NCBI GenBank assembly: GCA_039937835.1
Contig: JBDTFR010000054.1
Span: 9,543 to 73,542, forward strand
DNA length: 64,000 bases
Direction: 5' to 3'
Source: Bacteroidia bacterium
GTDB lineage: Bacteria; Bacteroidota; Bacteroidia; 2-12-FULL-35-15
The notes beneath the pieces were generated by a model, which was given only the letters and a program-made list of their open reading frames with translations, did no database searches and had not been told where the DNA came from. Position numbers and translations under genes: made by a program. Below, piece after piece: positions 20,538 to 31,060 of this stretch. Numbering within the stretch: the stretch's first letter is position 1; each line of letters starts with the position of its first letter.

Positions 20538-21650
20538 TTAATTCTTAAAGTATTTTTCGTTTAAACCTGCAAAAGTAGGTAATGAGTGATAATGCCACAT
20601 ATTTATTACTGTGCCGCCTTTTAGTAACATTAAACCAGGGTTTGAACGAATCATTGTTTTTAAAACCACATCGTCACTATTATAGAACTCAATATTGCTA
20701 TTTACTTCTGCCTTAAAATTTCTAATTATTTCAGGTGATGAACTTGTAAGTGCAATAATTGGTATGCCTTTTTGCTGACAAAGCGCTGCAAAATCATTTA
20801 TTTTATCAAACGCACCTTTATCTGTTTTTTCTAAATCATGACAAATTAATAAAAAATTATAATCAGGGTTTTCGATAATATCTTCCGTATAATCCCCTCC
20901 ATTAAGGCTTGTAATACTAAAATCTTTAACTTTAGGTTCAACCCCTTTCTTAGTAACGACCTGCCTACTATCTATATAGTCATAAAACTGGTCGTAATTC
21001 TCAGGAAATTTTTCAAATTCTTTTACCTCTCCTGTTTTCTTATCTTTTAATTTGTAATAAAATTTTAATTCATCTGGTATTCCTTTTCTTTGCTCGGGTA
21101 TATTTTTGCCAATTGCATAGGGTCTGAAGTCAATCACAGGCATATAATAAAAGGTGTAAAGAGGAAAAACAATTGATGCGATGATAACAATTATTAATAA
21201 ACCGTTTTCAAGATTTTTTCCAAATAATGAATGAATGTGTTTTTTACCAATGAACAAGATGATAATTAACACCATTAAAATAATATCTTTTGTAAATGAT
21301 TGCCACGGAGTAAGTGGAATTGCATCGCCGAAACACCCGCAGCCAGTAACTTTCTGAAAATAAGCAGAATAAAAAGTAAGAAAGGTAAAAAATACCATCA
21401 ATAGTAGTATTGACCATAATGTTGTCTTTACTCTTGCGCCTAGTAATAAGGCCGCTCCTAAAATTACTTCTAATATACACATCAATATAGCTAATGGTAG
21501 TGCTATAGGAATAAAAATGGGGGTATGAAATACTTCGAAATACTCTATTAATTTATAAGAAAAGCCTACCGAATCATTTGCTTTTATAAAACCTGAAAAA
21601 ATAAAAAGTGCTCCTACTAAAATACGGGCAATAGTGGTTAGTGTTTTCAT
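20538..21650 (-). CDS. DoxX/MauE-like membrane protein with C-terminal thioredoxin-fold (TlpA-like) domain
   Basis: N-terminal 'ARILVGALFIFSGFIK' DoxX-type helices and a 'GCGCFGD' CxC motif. The C-terminal soluble domain is of redoxin size but lacks CxxC. Confidence 0.45.
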   Translation of the reverse strand: MKTLTTIARILVGALFIFSGFIKANDSVGFSYKLIEYFEVFHTPIFIPIALPLAILMCILEVILGAALLLGARVKTTLWSILLLMVFFTFLTFYSAYFQKVTGCGCFGDAIPLTPWQSFTKDIILMVLIIILFIGKKHIHSLFGKNLENGLLIIVIIASIVFPLYTFYYMPVIDFRPYAIGKNIPEQRKGIPDELKFYYKLKDKKTGEVKEFEKFPENYDQFYDYIDSRQVVTKKGVEPKVKDFSITSLNGGDYTEDIIENPDYNFLLICHDLEKTDKGAFDKINDFAALCQQKGIPIIALTSSSPEIIRNFKAEVNSNIEFYNSDDVVLKTMIRSNPGLMLLKGGTVINMWHYHSLPTFAGLNEKYFKN

Positions 21651-21704
21651 TTTAAATAATTTGAATTAGTTAAACACAATTTAAATTCAGAAAAAGCAAG
21701 CCTG

Positions 21705-22250
21705 TTAAGCAGGATTTTCATTTAATTTTATTAATGCAAAAATAGCATAATTAATCATATCGCTGTAGTTGGCATCAATCCCTTCAGATATAATGGTTTC
21801 GCCCCCATTTTCTTCGATTTGTTTGATACGTAATATTTTCATCAAAATTAAATCAGTTAATGAGCTTATACGCATATCACGCCACGCTTCCCCATAATCG
21901 TGATTTTTATTCTCCATCAATTTTTTGGTTTCTTTAGCATTTTTATCAAACAATTCTGTTACTTCAGCTGTTGGCAATTCCATTCGCTCATCCCCTTTTA
22001 AGGTAAGTTGTATTAATGCAATAATTGAATAATTTATAATGCCGATATATTCTGAACGAACATCGTCACTTACTTTTTGAGTACCTTTGTCTTCGATATT
22101 GCGAATGCGTTGTGCTTTAATAAAAATTTGATCGGTAAGCGAACTTGTTCGTAAAATACGCCAAGCGGTACCATAATCTTTCATTTTTTTTATAAAAATA
22201 TTTTTACAAGTGCCTATTGCAGTATCGTACTGATTATCAGTTTTATTCAT
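21705..22250 (-). CDS. DUF1599 domain protein (two internal copies)
   Basis: Duplicated 'DYG(T/E)AWR..R.SSLTD.I..K..RI..IE' motif. Confidence 0.7.
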   Translation of the reverse strand: MNKTDNQYDTAIGTCKNIFIKKMKDYGTAWRILRTSSLTDQIFIKAQRIRNIEDKGTQKVSDDVRSEYIGIINYSIIALIQLTLKGDERMELPTAEVTELFDKNAKETKKLMENKNHDYGEAWRDMRISSLTDLILMKILRIKQIEENGGETIISEGIDANYSDMINYAIFALIKLNENPA

Positions 22251-22279
22251 AGTTATTTAAGCTATTCTGTAAAATAAAA

Positions 22280-23146
22280 ATGTCATTAATAATGAAGCCG
22301 CAAGATACAGTTTTTTATCAAAAAATAGACCGCATTTTTGATCTAACTTCGCCTCCATTAATCATGGGGATTTTAAACATTACTCCAGATTCATTTTTTG
22401 ATGGAGGTAAATTTAACACAGAAAAAGAATGGCTTACAAAAGCAGCACAGCTAGTGGAAGATGGTGCAGATATAATTGATATCGGTGCCTACTCTACCCG
22501 ACCTAGTGCAAATTTTATTTCTATTGAAGAGGAGGCCGAACGATTAATACCCGCAATTATATCTATAAAAAAGGAGTTTAATAACATTATTATTTCCGCT
22601 GATACTTTTAGAGCTACTATTGCAGAAAAAGCAATAGCTGCTGGCGCTAATATTATAAATGATATTTCAGGAGGTTCATTAGATGAAAATATGTTTCGAT
22701 CAGTGGCTCAATTGCAAGTACCCTATATTTTAATGCATACTAAAGGAAATCCTCAAAACATGCAGAATTTAGCAATCTATACAGATGTAGTAAAAGAAGT
22801 AACCGATTATTTTAAAGAAAAAGTAGATGAACTAAATAAATTAAATTTTTTTAAAATAATTATCGACCCTGGTTTTGGGTTTGCAAAAACAGTTCAACAC
22901 AATTTTCAATTATTAAATCAAATTAATAATTTTAAAATTTTTAATTTACCTATTTTAGTAGGCTTGTCCCGTAAATCAATGGCCACTAAATTATTGAATA
23001 TAAAAACAGCCGATGCGCTGAATGTTTCAACTGTTTTAAACACTTTGGCACTTAATAAAGGCGTAAATATACTTCGTGTACATGATGTTAAAGAAGCGAA
23101 AGAGGTTATTACCATTCATAATTACATGAATAACGTGAACGAATAA
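22280..23146 (+). CDS. folP: dihydropteroate synthase
   Basis: 'GILNITPDSFFDGG', 'DIIDIGAYSTRP', 'ISADT' pterin-binding signatures. Confidence 0.9.
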   Translation: MSLIMKPQDTVFYQKIDRIFDLTSPPLIMGILNITPDSFFDGGKFNTEKEWLTKAAQLVEDGADIIDIGAYSTRPSANFISIEEEAERLIPAIISIKKEFNNIIISADTFRATIAEKAIAAGANIINDISGGSLDENMFRSVAQLQVPYILMHTKGNPQNMQNLAIYTDVVKEVTDYFKEKVDELNKLNFFKIIIDPGFGFAKTVQHNFQLLNQINNFKIFNLPILVGLSRKSMATKLLNIKTADALNVSTVLNTLALNKGVNILRVHDVKEAKEVITIHNYMNNVNE

Positions 23147-23209
23147 ATAAAAATATATTGACAATACAACGAATATGGTGTACTAACATAAATTTATTAC
23201 TTTTGTCTT

Positions 23210-25279
23210 TTGATGAGCTTTACCTACCCTGCATTTCTTTTTGCGCTTTTGGCAATAGCCATTCCTATAATTATACATCTATTTAACTTTCGTAAGTTTA
23301 AAACGGTTTATTTTAGTAATGTTCGTTTTTTAAAAGAAGTTAAACAACAAACTCAAGCTAAGTCTACACTTAAACATTTATTAGTTTTAGCTGCTAGAAT
23401 ACTGGCTATTACATTTTTAGTATTTGCTTTTGCACAGCCTTTTATACCCATAAGCAATAAAAAGATTATACCCGGTAATAAAGCCGTAAGTGTATTTATT
23501 GATAACTCATTTAGCATGGATGCCATTAACAAAAATGGAAGCCTACTTGATGAAGCAAAAAAAAGGGCTCTTGAAATAGTCGCAGCCTATAAACCTAGTG
23601 ATCGATTTCAATTATTAACAAATGATTTTGAAGGTAAACATCAACGTTTAGTAAATAAAGAAGAATTTATTGAATTAGTTGATGAAGTAAAAATAAGTGC
23701 CGCTACTCAACTGCTATCAACTATTCATTTACGACAAATGGATGCATTAGAGCAATCAGAAAGTAAATCAAAATCAACCTTTATTATTTCTGATTTTCAA
23801 AAAAGCATAACAAACATTAACGAACTAAAAAACGACACAGGAGTAGCTATTAATTTTATTCCTATCACTGCAAGTGTTAATAATAATAACGTATATATTG
23901 ATAGCTGCTGGTTTGAAACACCTGTACGGCAATTAAATCAGGTAGAAAAATTACATGTGCGTATAAAAAATTCAGGTGAAAAAAAGATTGAAAATAATTC
24001 TATAAAATTATTTATAAATAACGTTCAAAAAGTACCAGCGGCATTTAATGTAAACCCTCATGCTGAAACAGAAATCATCTTATCTTTTGTTTCAAAAGAT
24101 ACAGGTTTACAACAATGTAGCATTGCGTTGAGCGATTATCCCGTAACTTTTGATGACACCTTTTACTTTACATTTGAAGTTGCAAAGAATATCCCTATAC
24201 TTTGCATAAACGGCAATAATCCAAATCCACTTAAATCTCAAAGTATTTATTTAAATAAACTTTTTGGAAACGATTCGTTATTTGTATTCACTAATGTATT
24301 AGAAAATAAAGTAGAGTATAGTAACTTATTAAATTTTAAATTAATAATTATTAATGAGTTAAAATCTATTTCATCGGGCTTGGCGCAGGAATTAAAACGC
24401 TTTATGATAAATGGCGGCAATGTTTTAGTATTTCCTAATGCCCAATCAGAATTGGCTAGCTATAAAGATTTTTTTGTTTCCGTAAATTCAAATTATTATG
24501 AACAGTTGGATACTGTTAATACAAAAGTTGATAAAATTAATTTAGAACAACCCATTTTTAAAGACGTGTTCGATACAAAAACAATTAACCTAACAAATAT
24601 TGATTTACCAATAGTATACAACCATTATCGTTTTTCAAATGCATCAAAAACAACAGAAGATTATTTATTGAAATTGCAAAATGGGAATAATTTTTTAAGC
24701 AAATACGATGTTGGAAAGGGTATATTATATGTGTTTGCTAGCTCCTTAGATCCGACATTTAGTAACTTTTCAAAACATGCATTATTTGTACCCATATTAT
24801 ATAAAATTGGCATGTACAGCCAGGTAAACGAACCTTTATTCTATATCATCGGAAATGATGAACCAATAGAAATAGTTCATCGCACTAGCGGAGAAAATAC
24901 TTATCATCTTAAAGATTTAAAAAATACATTTGACATTATACCCGAATACAAACTATTGGAAAACAAAACGCAACTAATTTTACACCACCAAATAAAAAAT
25001 GCTGGCAACTATAACTTATATTTAGATAACGATATAATTGGCGGTTTATCTTTTAATTATGATCGTAAAGAGTCAAATCTTCTATGCTATACGACCGATG
25101 AATTAAAGCAGGTTATTACGAATGATAACATTCACATTATAAGCGCAGGTGAGAAGAGCATAACCTACATTCTTGAAGAAAAGGCAGAAGGGAAAAAACT
25201 TTGGCAAATTTGTATATTATTAACCCTATTTTTTTTAGGTGCTGAAGTTTTATTATTACGATTATTAAAAACTAATTAA
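23210..25279 (+). CDS. BatA-like N-terminal double-TM domain protein
   Basis: 'YPAFLFALLAIAIPIIIHLFNFRKFK...LAARILAITFL' matches the aerotolerance-BatA N-terminal double-TM domain. Large extracytoplasmic region and a C-terminal TM segment. Confidence 0.55.
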   Translation: MMSFTYPAFLFALLAIAIPIIIHLFNFRKFKTVYFSNVRFLKEVKQQTQAKSTLKHLLVLAARILAITFLVFAFAQPFIPISNKKIIPGNKAVSVFIDNSFSMDAINKNGSLLDEAKKRALEIVAAYKPSDRFQLLTNDFEGKHQRLVNKEEFIELVDEVKISAATQLLSTIHLRQMDALEQSESKSKSTFIISDFQKSITNINELKNDTGVAINFIPITASVNNNNVYIDSCWFETPVRQLNQVEKLHVRIKNSGEKKIENNSIKLFINNVQKVPAAFNVNPHAETEIILSFVSKDTGLQQCSIALSDYPVTFDDTFYFTFEVAKNIPILCINGNNPNPLKSQSIYLNKLFGNDSLFVFTNVLENKVEYSNLLNFKLIIINELKSISSGLAQELKRFMINGGNVLVFPNAQSELASYKDFFVSVNSNYYEQLDTVNTKVDKINLEQPIFKDVFDTKTINLTNIDLPIVYNHYRFSNASKTTEDYLLKLQNGNNFLSKYDVGKGILYVFASSLDPTFSNFSKHALFVPILYKIGMYSQVNEPLFYIIGNDEPIEIVHRTSGENTYHLKDLKNTFDIIPEYKLLENKTQLILHHQIKNAGNYNLYLDNDIIGGLSFNYDRKESNLLCYTTDELKQVITNDNIHIISAGEKSITYILEEKAEGKKLWQICILLTLFFLGAEVLLLRLLKTN

Positions 25280-25293
25280 CAACTATAATTGTT

Positions 25294-26562
25294 ATGAATA
25301 TACTTATTAAATCGGCTTACGTAATTGACAGTGATTCTCCACACCATGGTAAAGTAGTTGACATATTAGTTGAAAATGGCATCATCATTAATATACTTTC
25401 AAAAATTTATGTTCAAAAAAATGTAAAAATAATTGAAAGCAAAGATTTACATGTTTCAGTAGGTTGGATGGATATGCAGGCTAATTTTTGCGATCCTGGT
25501 TTTGAATACAAAGAAGATTTAATGAGTGGTACAAAAGCGGCAGCGGCTGGAGGTTTTACCGATGTGGCACTTGTCCCTTCTACCAACCCTCCTATTCATT
25601 CTAAATCAGAAATTCAATACATTAGGAATAACACAATCAATTCCATTGTTAATGTACACCCTATTGGCACCGTATCTCATAAACAAGAAGGTATTGATTT
25701 ATCAGAAATGTATGATATGCAGCAAGCGGGTGCAATTGCATTTTCAGATGATAAGAAACCTATTGTTGATGCTGGATTATTAATGCGAGCATTGTTGTAT
25801 ACTCAAAATTTTAACGGCTTAATTATAACCCATTGTAACGAAAAGAGTATTTCAAATGATGGAAAAATGAATGAAGGGGTAACATCAACCATGCTAGGTT
25901 TAAAGGGAATGCCTGAATTAGCGGAAGAATTAATGGTAAGTCGTAACATTTTTTTAGCTCAATACAATAATGCTCCCATACACCTTACTAATATTTCCAC
26001 TCAAAAATCTGTGGCTTTAATTAAACGAGCAAAAGCGGAAGGCATAAAAGTAACCGCTTCTGTAAATGCTTATAACTTAGTACTTGACGACACATTGCTT
26101 GCTGGTTTTGATAGCAATTACAAACTCGATCCACCATTACGAACAAAGGCAGATATTGAAGCTTTGCGAAAAGGGCTCGCCGATGGTACTATCGATGCTA
26201 TTACTACTGATCACCGACCTCAAAATATTGAATCTAAAAATATAGAATTTGATCATGCCTCAAATGGTATGATTGGTTTAGAAACTATGTTTAGTCTAGT
26301 TAATACACATAAGGGAAAAATTAAAATAGAAACTCTTATTCATGCCGTTACAAAAGGACCTAGAACTATTTTTAAATTAAAACATCCAAAAATAGTATTG
26401 AATGAACCAGCCTGTATTACGTTATTTGATCCTAGCATAGAATGGATCTTTCAAAAAAAAGATATTCACTCTAAATCCTTTAATACCCCTTTTATTGGCA
26501 CTCCTTTTAGAGGCAAGGTAATTGGCATAATAAACAACAAACAACTATTTACATCCTATTAA
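25294..26562 (+). CDS. dihydroorotase-like amidohydrolase, degenerate active site (PyrC'-like)
   Basis: Aligns with type-I DHOase ('...GTKAAAAGGFTDVALVPSTNPP', 'TTDHRPQ'), but the N-terminal metal-binding 'DAHVH' is replaced by 'DMQAN'. Confidence 0.65.
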   Translation: MNILIKSAYVIDSDSPHHGKVVDILVENGIIINILSKIYVQKNVKIIESKDLHVSVGWMDMQANFCDPGFEYKEDLMSGTKAAAAGGFTDVALVPSTNPPIHSKSEIQYIRNNTINSIVNVHPIGTVSHKQEGIDLSEMYDMQQAGAIAFSDDKKPIVDAGLLMRALLYTQNFNGLIITHCNEKSISNDGKMNEGVTSTMLGLKGMPELAEELMVSRNIFLAQYNNAPIHLTNISTQKSVALIKRAKAEGIKVTASVNAYNLVLDDTLLAGFDSNYKLDPPLRTKADIEALRKGLADGTIDAITTDHRPQNIESKNIEFDHASNGMIGLETMFSLVNTHKGKIKIETLIHAVTKGPRTIFKLKHPKIVLNEPACITLFDPSIEWIFQKKDIHSKSFNTPFIGTPFRGKVIGIINNKQLFTSY

Positions 26563-26662
26563 ATTGTATTTTTTAACCTACAAAAATTTGTTATTGATAA
26601 TTTTTTAGTAGATTAGCCCTTGAAAATAAATAATCATAATTAAACCTTTAGCAGTTATAAAA

Positions 26663-27550
26663 ATGATTTCAACTAAAAAATCACTAGTGTTAAAAGGAAG
26701 TATGTTAATGATTGCAGGAATGTTATTTGCATCTTGTAATAATAATAATACACCTAAAGATGAAAATACAGAGAACCTCACTGATTCAACAGTAGTATCT
26801 GAAACAGAGGCAACAAATAATGTATTTTATTCTTTACCCTCTCCTTTGCAAATTGCTTCTATATTTAAAAAATCAGGATTAAAATATCAAGATGGAATTA
26901 CTTCCGATGTAAAAGAACCATCTAAATATACAACCAGTTTATTGAAATCAATTAACTTGGGAATTTATAGCGCCGATTTATCCTATTGCGTTTTAAATAA
27001 ACAAAATCAAGCAGCAATGAATTACATGAAGTTATGTCGCCAACTTGCTGATAATTTAGGTATGGGTTCTGTTTTTGAACAAAACAATTTATCGAAACGA
27101 TTTGAGAAGAATTTAGGTAACGAAGATTCGCTTGCATACATTATCGCAGAATTACAAATGGTTACAGATATGTACTTAGAAGAAAACCAACAACCACAAA
27201 TTACAGCCATTGTATTCTCAGGAGCTTGGATAGAAAGTATGTATTTGGGTTCTAAATTATATGAGACTAGCAAAGACAAAACAATGGGTACTAAGCTTTC
27301 TGAACAAATGACTATTTTAGGAAGTATTATCAATGCGCTAAAAGTAGTAAAAGACAAAGATCCCGCAATTCCTAGTTTAATAGATGATTTGCAAAATATT
27401 AAAAATGACTATGATAAATCCCCTTCTGTGTCGGCGAAGACTCCGTCTAAAGATGAAGAAGACGAAGCAGAAATAAATTTAACAGAAAATGAGATTACTC
27501 AACTAACAAACAAAATAAAAGACTTACGTACAAAATTTATTAAAGGGTAA
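26663..27550 (+). CDS. hypothetical lipoprotein
   Basis: Signal peptide with lipobox 'LFASC'. Confidence 0.5.
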   Translation: MISTKKSLVLKGSMLMIAGMLFASCNNNNTPKDENTENLTDSTVVSETEATNNVFYSLPSPLQIASIFKKSGLKYQDGITSDVKEPSKYTTSLLKSINLGIYSADLSYCVLNKQNQAAMNYMKLCRQLADNLGMGSVFEQNNLSKRFEKNLGNEDSLAYIIAELQMVTDMYLEENQQPQITAIVFSGAWIESMYLGSKLYETSKDKTMGTKLSEQMTILGSIINALKVVKDKDPAIPSLIDDLQNIKNDYDKSPSVSAKTPSKDEEDEAEINLTENEITQLTNKIKDLRTKFIKG

Positions 27551-27597
27551 AATTTTTTAATCTGTTTAATTTAAATTTAAATTTAAAATCGATTGTT

Positions 27598-28062
27598 ATG
27601 AAAAAAGTATTTTATATAAGCTTAGTTGGTTTTATCCTATTTTCTTCATTTTCCATTATACAATCTGAAGGGTTAATAGATAAAACTAAACTTACAGCAG
27701 ATTGTAAGGCAAAAATGGAACCTTATAAGTATGACAGCCAAAAATTTACTAAAATAAATTTCAATGAAAATTCTCAACTATTAGAAATCGAAGTTCCCGT
27801 TTTTATTGGAGAAAAATATAGAATTGTGTTTAACACAAATGCATTGACGACTAATAAAATTAACATTAACGTTTACACTAAATCCAAAAGTTCATCAAAA
27901 AGAGAAACTATATTTACCACTAATGGCGATAATTCAAACACTGGCGAATTTGTATTTGACGTGCCACGGGTACGTAAACTATTTATTGATTATGAAGTAC
28001 CAGCCGATGCCTCTGCGAATAAAATATCTGGATATATACTAATGATGGTAGGGTACAAATAA
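27598..28062 (+). CDS. small secreted protein, paralog A (154 aa)
   Basis: Signal peptide. Shares 'KPYKYDS...I.F..N....EI.V..F.G.KY...F' with the next ORF. Confidence 0.5.
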   Translation: MKKVFYISLVGFILFSSFSIIQSEGLIDKTKLTADCKAKMEPYKYDSQKFTKINFNENSQLLEIEVPVFIGEKYRIVFNTNALTTNKININVYTKSKSSSKRETIFTTNGDNSNTGEFVFDVPRVRKLFIDYEVPADASANKISGYILMMVGYK

Positions 28063-28087
28063 TATGATTATGATTATGATTATTTAA

Positions 28088-28552
28088 ATGATAAAAAATA
28101 TACATATATTATTATTTATTATTTCCTTTATTTTTTATAATGACTCCATTTTTGCACAATGCCATGCAAAACAAATAATGAATGAGTGCAAACCTAATAT
28201 TCCCAAACCATATAAATACGATAGTTTCGCTATAAGTGAATTTGCGTTTAATAATATAGAAAAAAACATAGAAGTTGTATTTACTGCCTTTGTAGGACAA
28301 AAATATAAGTTACTATTTTGTAGCTCTGGCTTTCAAGAACAAGTAGAAATAAATATTTATGATAAAACAAATCGCGTAAAAAAGGGTCGTAAAAAATTAT
28401 ATGATAATTCGGAAGGCATTGACAACAACTTCTGGTGGTTTCAACCTACTAAATCGGGCAATTATTATATAGACTACAATATACCAAAAAGTATTGACGG
28501 TAAAGAAAAAAAAGGTTGTGTTGTAATTTTAATTAGCCGTGTGGGCACCTAA
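28088..28552 (+). CDS. small secreted protein, paralog B (154 aa)
   Basis: Same length and motif arrangement as 27598..28062. Confidence 0.5.
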   Translation: MIKNIHILLFIISFIFYNDSIFAQCHAKQIMNECKPNIPKPYKYDSFAISEFAFNNIEKNIEVVFTAFVGQKYKLLFCSSGFQEQVEINIYDKTNRVKKGRKKLYDNSEGIDNNFWWFQPTKSGNYYIDYNIPKSIDGKEKKGCVVILISRVGT

Positions 28553-28634
28553 TAAAATAATCTAAATAAATTATTTTAAAAAACCTTTTTATCTCTCTTC
28601 ACTAATAATTCTCAAAAACCACTATTAACGATAC

Positions 28635-29249
28635 ATGCATAACGCAATTCTTCCTGTTTCTTATTTAGGCTCCATTCAATATTATTCGAAATTAAAAAAA
28701 TACGAAAATTGTAGTATTGAACTTTATGAAAATTTGCCTAAACAAACTTATAGAAGCCGATGCAATATCTACTCTCCAAACGGTTTATTAACACTTAGTA
28801 TTCCTTTAATTAAACGTAATCATCGTCAGGTAATGAAAGATGTTAAAATTTCTTACGATTATGATTGGCGTAAAACACATTGGCGTACATTAGAATCAAG
28901 TTATAGAAGTTCTCCTTTTTTTGAATATTATGAAGATGATTTATATCCCTATTATCATGATAAAAAAAAAGATTATTTAATCGATTTAAACGAATCATTA
29001 CAACAAAAGATATTACAATTTTTAAAACTAAATAAAACGTATAATTTCACAAACGAATATCAAAAAGAATGTTCAAATGCGGTTGATTTTAGATCTAGCC
29101 TCTCTTCAAAATTGCCCTCTTCTAATGATTCTGAATTTATAATCAAGCCTTACATTCAAGTGTTTGAAAATAAATATAATTTTATTCCCAATCTCAGTAT
29201 TGTTGATTTATTATTTAACCAAGGTTCAAGAGCTATCGATTATATCTAA
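28635..29249 (+). CDS. WbqC-like family protein
   Basis: N-terminal 'MHNAILPVSYLGSIQYYSKL' resembles WbqC-family starts. Lies in a polysaccharide context. Confidence 0.45.
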   Translation: MHNAILPVSYLGSIQYYSKLKKYENCSIELYENLPKQTYRSRCNIYSPNGLLTLSIPLIKRNHRQVMKDVKISYDYDWRKTHWRTLESSYRSSPFFEYYEDDLYPYYHDKKKDYLIDLNESLQQKILQFLKLNKTYNFTNEYQKECSNAVDFRSSLSSKLPSSNDSEFIIKPYIQVFENKYNFIPNLSIVDLLFNQGSRAIDYI

Positions 29250-29346
29250 TAAACCGTTTCCACTAGTTGCACACAGCGAAAATTACTACATTTGCGTAAT
29301 TTTTCACAAAAGCCCTAATTAATTCAACCATTTACATTTTTTAATC

Positions 29347-30975
29347 ATGGATATAGAATTTAACAAAAACGAAGATCGGATGCAACTACTGATTTCAGCG
29401 ATGGAAAAAAAACTGGAAAAAGTATATTTAGGAGGAGGTAAAAGTAAAATAGAGAAACAACATGCGCAGGGTAAAATGACGGCACGTGAACGCATATATC
29501 ATCTCATTGATAAAGATTCTAAAACAATTGAAATAGGTGCATTTGCAGGGGAAGAAATGTATAAAGAACATGGAGGCTGCCCTGCTGGAGGTGTTATTGT
29601 TGTAATCGGTTATGTTAGCAAGCGACAATGCATCATTGTAGCAAATGATGCTACGGTTAAGGCGGGTGCTTGGTTCCCGATTACAGGTAAAAAGAATTTA
29701 CGGGCACAAGAAATTTCAATGGAAAACCGCTTACCCATTATTTATTTAGTAGATAGTGCAGGTGTTTACTTACCTATGCAAGATGAAATATTTCCAGATA
29801 AGGAAAACTTTGGACGGATTTTTCGAAATAATGCCATCATGAGTAGTATGGGAATACTACAAATATCTGCCGTTATGGGCAGCTGTGTTGCAGGGGGTGC
29901 CTATTTGCCCATTATGAGTGATGAGGCAATGATTGTAGATAAAACAGGGAGTATTTTTTTAGCCGGCTCTTATTTAGTAAAAGCTGCAATTGGCGAAACG
30001 GTTGATAACGAAACGTTAGGAGGAGCTACTACCCAATGCGAAATATCTGGTGTTACTGATTACAAATGCAAGGATGATACAGATTGTTTAAACCGCATAC
30101 GCAATATTATGAGCAAAGTAGGTCATTTTGATACTGCGGGCTTCAATCGTATTGAAACAATAGCACCCAAAAAAAATCCAAAAGAAATTATTGGAATTAT
30201 GCCTGCTGCGCGCGATCAGCAGTACGATATGCACGAAATTATTGATCGCTTAATTGATGATTCAAACTTTGAAGAATATAAAGAAAAATACGGACAAAGT
30301 ATTCTTTGCGGATTAGCTCGTATTGAGGGATGGAGTGTAGGTATTGTTGCCAATCAACGGAAAGTAGTAAAAAGCAAAAAAGGCGAAATGCAATTTGGTG
30401 GAGTAATATATAGCGATAGTGCCGACAAAGCCGCTCGATTTATTATGAACTGTAATCAAAAAAAAATACCCTTAGTTTTTATACAAGATGTTACAGGTTT
30501 TATGGTAGGCTCACGCTCAGAACAAGGTGGAATAATTAAAGACGGTGCAAAATTGGTAAGCGCTATGGCTAATTCTGTAGTACCTAAATTTACCGTTGTG
30601 GTGGGTAACTCCTATGGAGCAGGTAATTATGCTATGTGTGGTAAAGCTTACGATCCTCGCCTTATTATAGGATGGCCTACCGCACAAATGGCAGTAATGG
30701 GTGGAGCACAAGCTGCAAAAGTAATTGTGCAAATTGAAATGGCTTCGCTAAAGGCTAAAGGAGAAGAAATAACACCCGAAAAAGAAGCCGAGTTGTATAA
30801 TAAAACCAAAGATAAATATGATTCTCAAACTACTCCTTATTATGCAGCTGCAAGGCTTTGGCTAGATGCCATCATTAACCCCTTGGATACTCGTAAATGG
30901 ATATCTATGGGTATAGAGATGGCCAATAACTCACCCATAATTAAACCTTATAACGTAGGTGTAATTCAAGTTTAA
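29347..30975 (+). CDS. acyl-CoA carboxylase carboxyltransferase (beta) subunit
   Basis: Two crotonase-like carboxyltransferase halves ('GGG..KIEKQH', 'AGSYLV', 'GGAQAAKV'). Confidence 0.85.
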   Translation: MDIEFNKNEDRMQLLISAMEKKLEKVYLGGGKSKIEKQHAQGKMTARERIYHLIDKDSKTIEIGAFAGEEMYKEHGGCPAGGVIVVIGYVSKRQCIIVANDATVKAGAWFPITGKKNLRAQEISMENRLPIIYLVDSAGVYLPMQDEIFPDKENFGRIFRNNAIMSSMGILQISAVMGSCVAGGAYLPIMSDEAMIVDKTGSIFLAGSYLVKAAIGETVDNETLGGATTQCEISGVTDYKCKDDTDCLNRIRNIMSKVGHFDTAGFNRIETIAPKKNPKEIIGIMPAARDQQYDMHEIIDRLIDDSNFEEYKEKYGQSILCGLARIEGWSVGIVANQRKVVKSKKGEMQFGGVIYSDSADKAARFIMNCNQKKIPLVFIQDVTGFMVGSRSEQGGIIKDGAKLVSAMANSVVPKFTVVVGNSYGAGNYAMCGKAYDPRLIIGWPTAQMAVMGGAQAAKVIVQIEMASLKAKGEEITPEKEAELYNKTKDKYDSQTTPYYAAARLWLDAIINPLDTRKWISMGIEMANNSPIIKPYNVGVIQV

Positions 30976-31060
30976 GGCACTAACGGCCAGTTATTTGTAT
31001 AAACTAAATTATTATTTCCTAATATAAATTATTATTTTTGCATCTATAAAATTAATATCT

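Noticed and set aside
28060-28090. (atgatt)n microsatellite as an independent feature
   Set aside because: Only about 3.5 units. It is noted in the paralog finding and is too short to call a repeat feature on its own.
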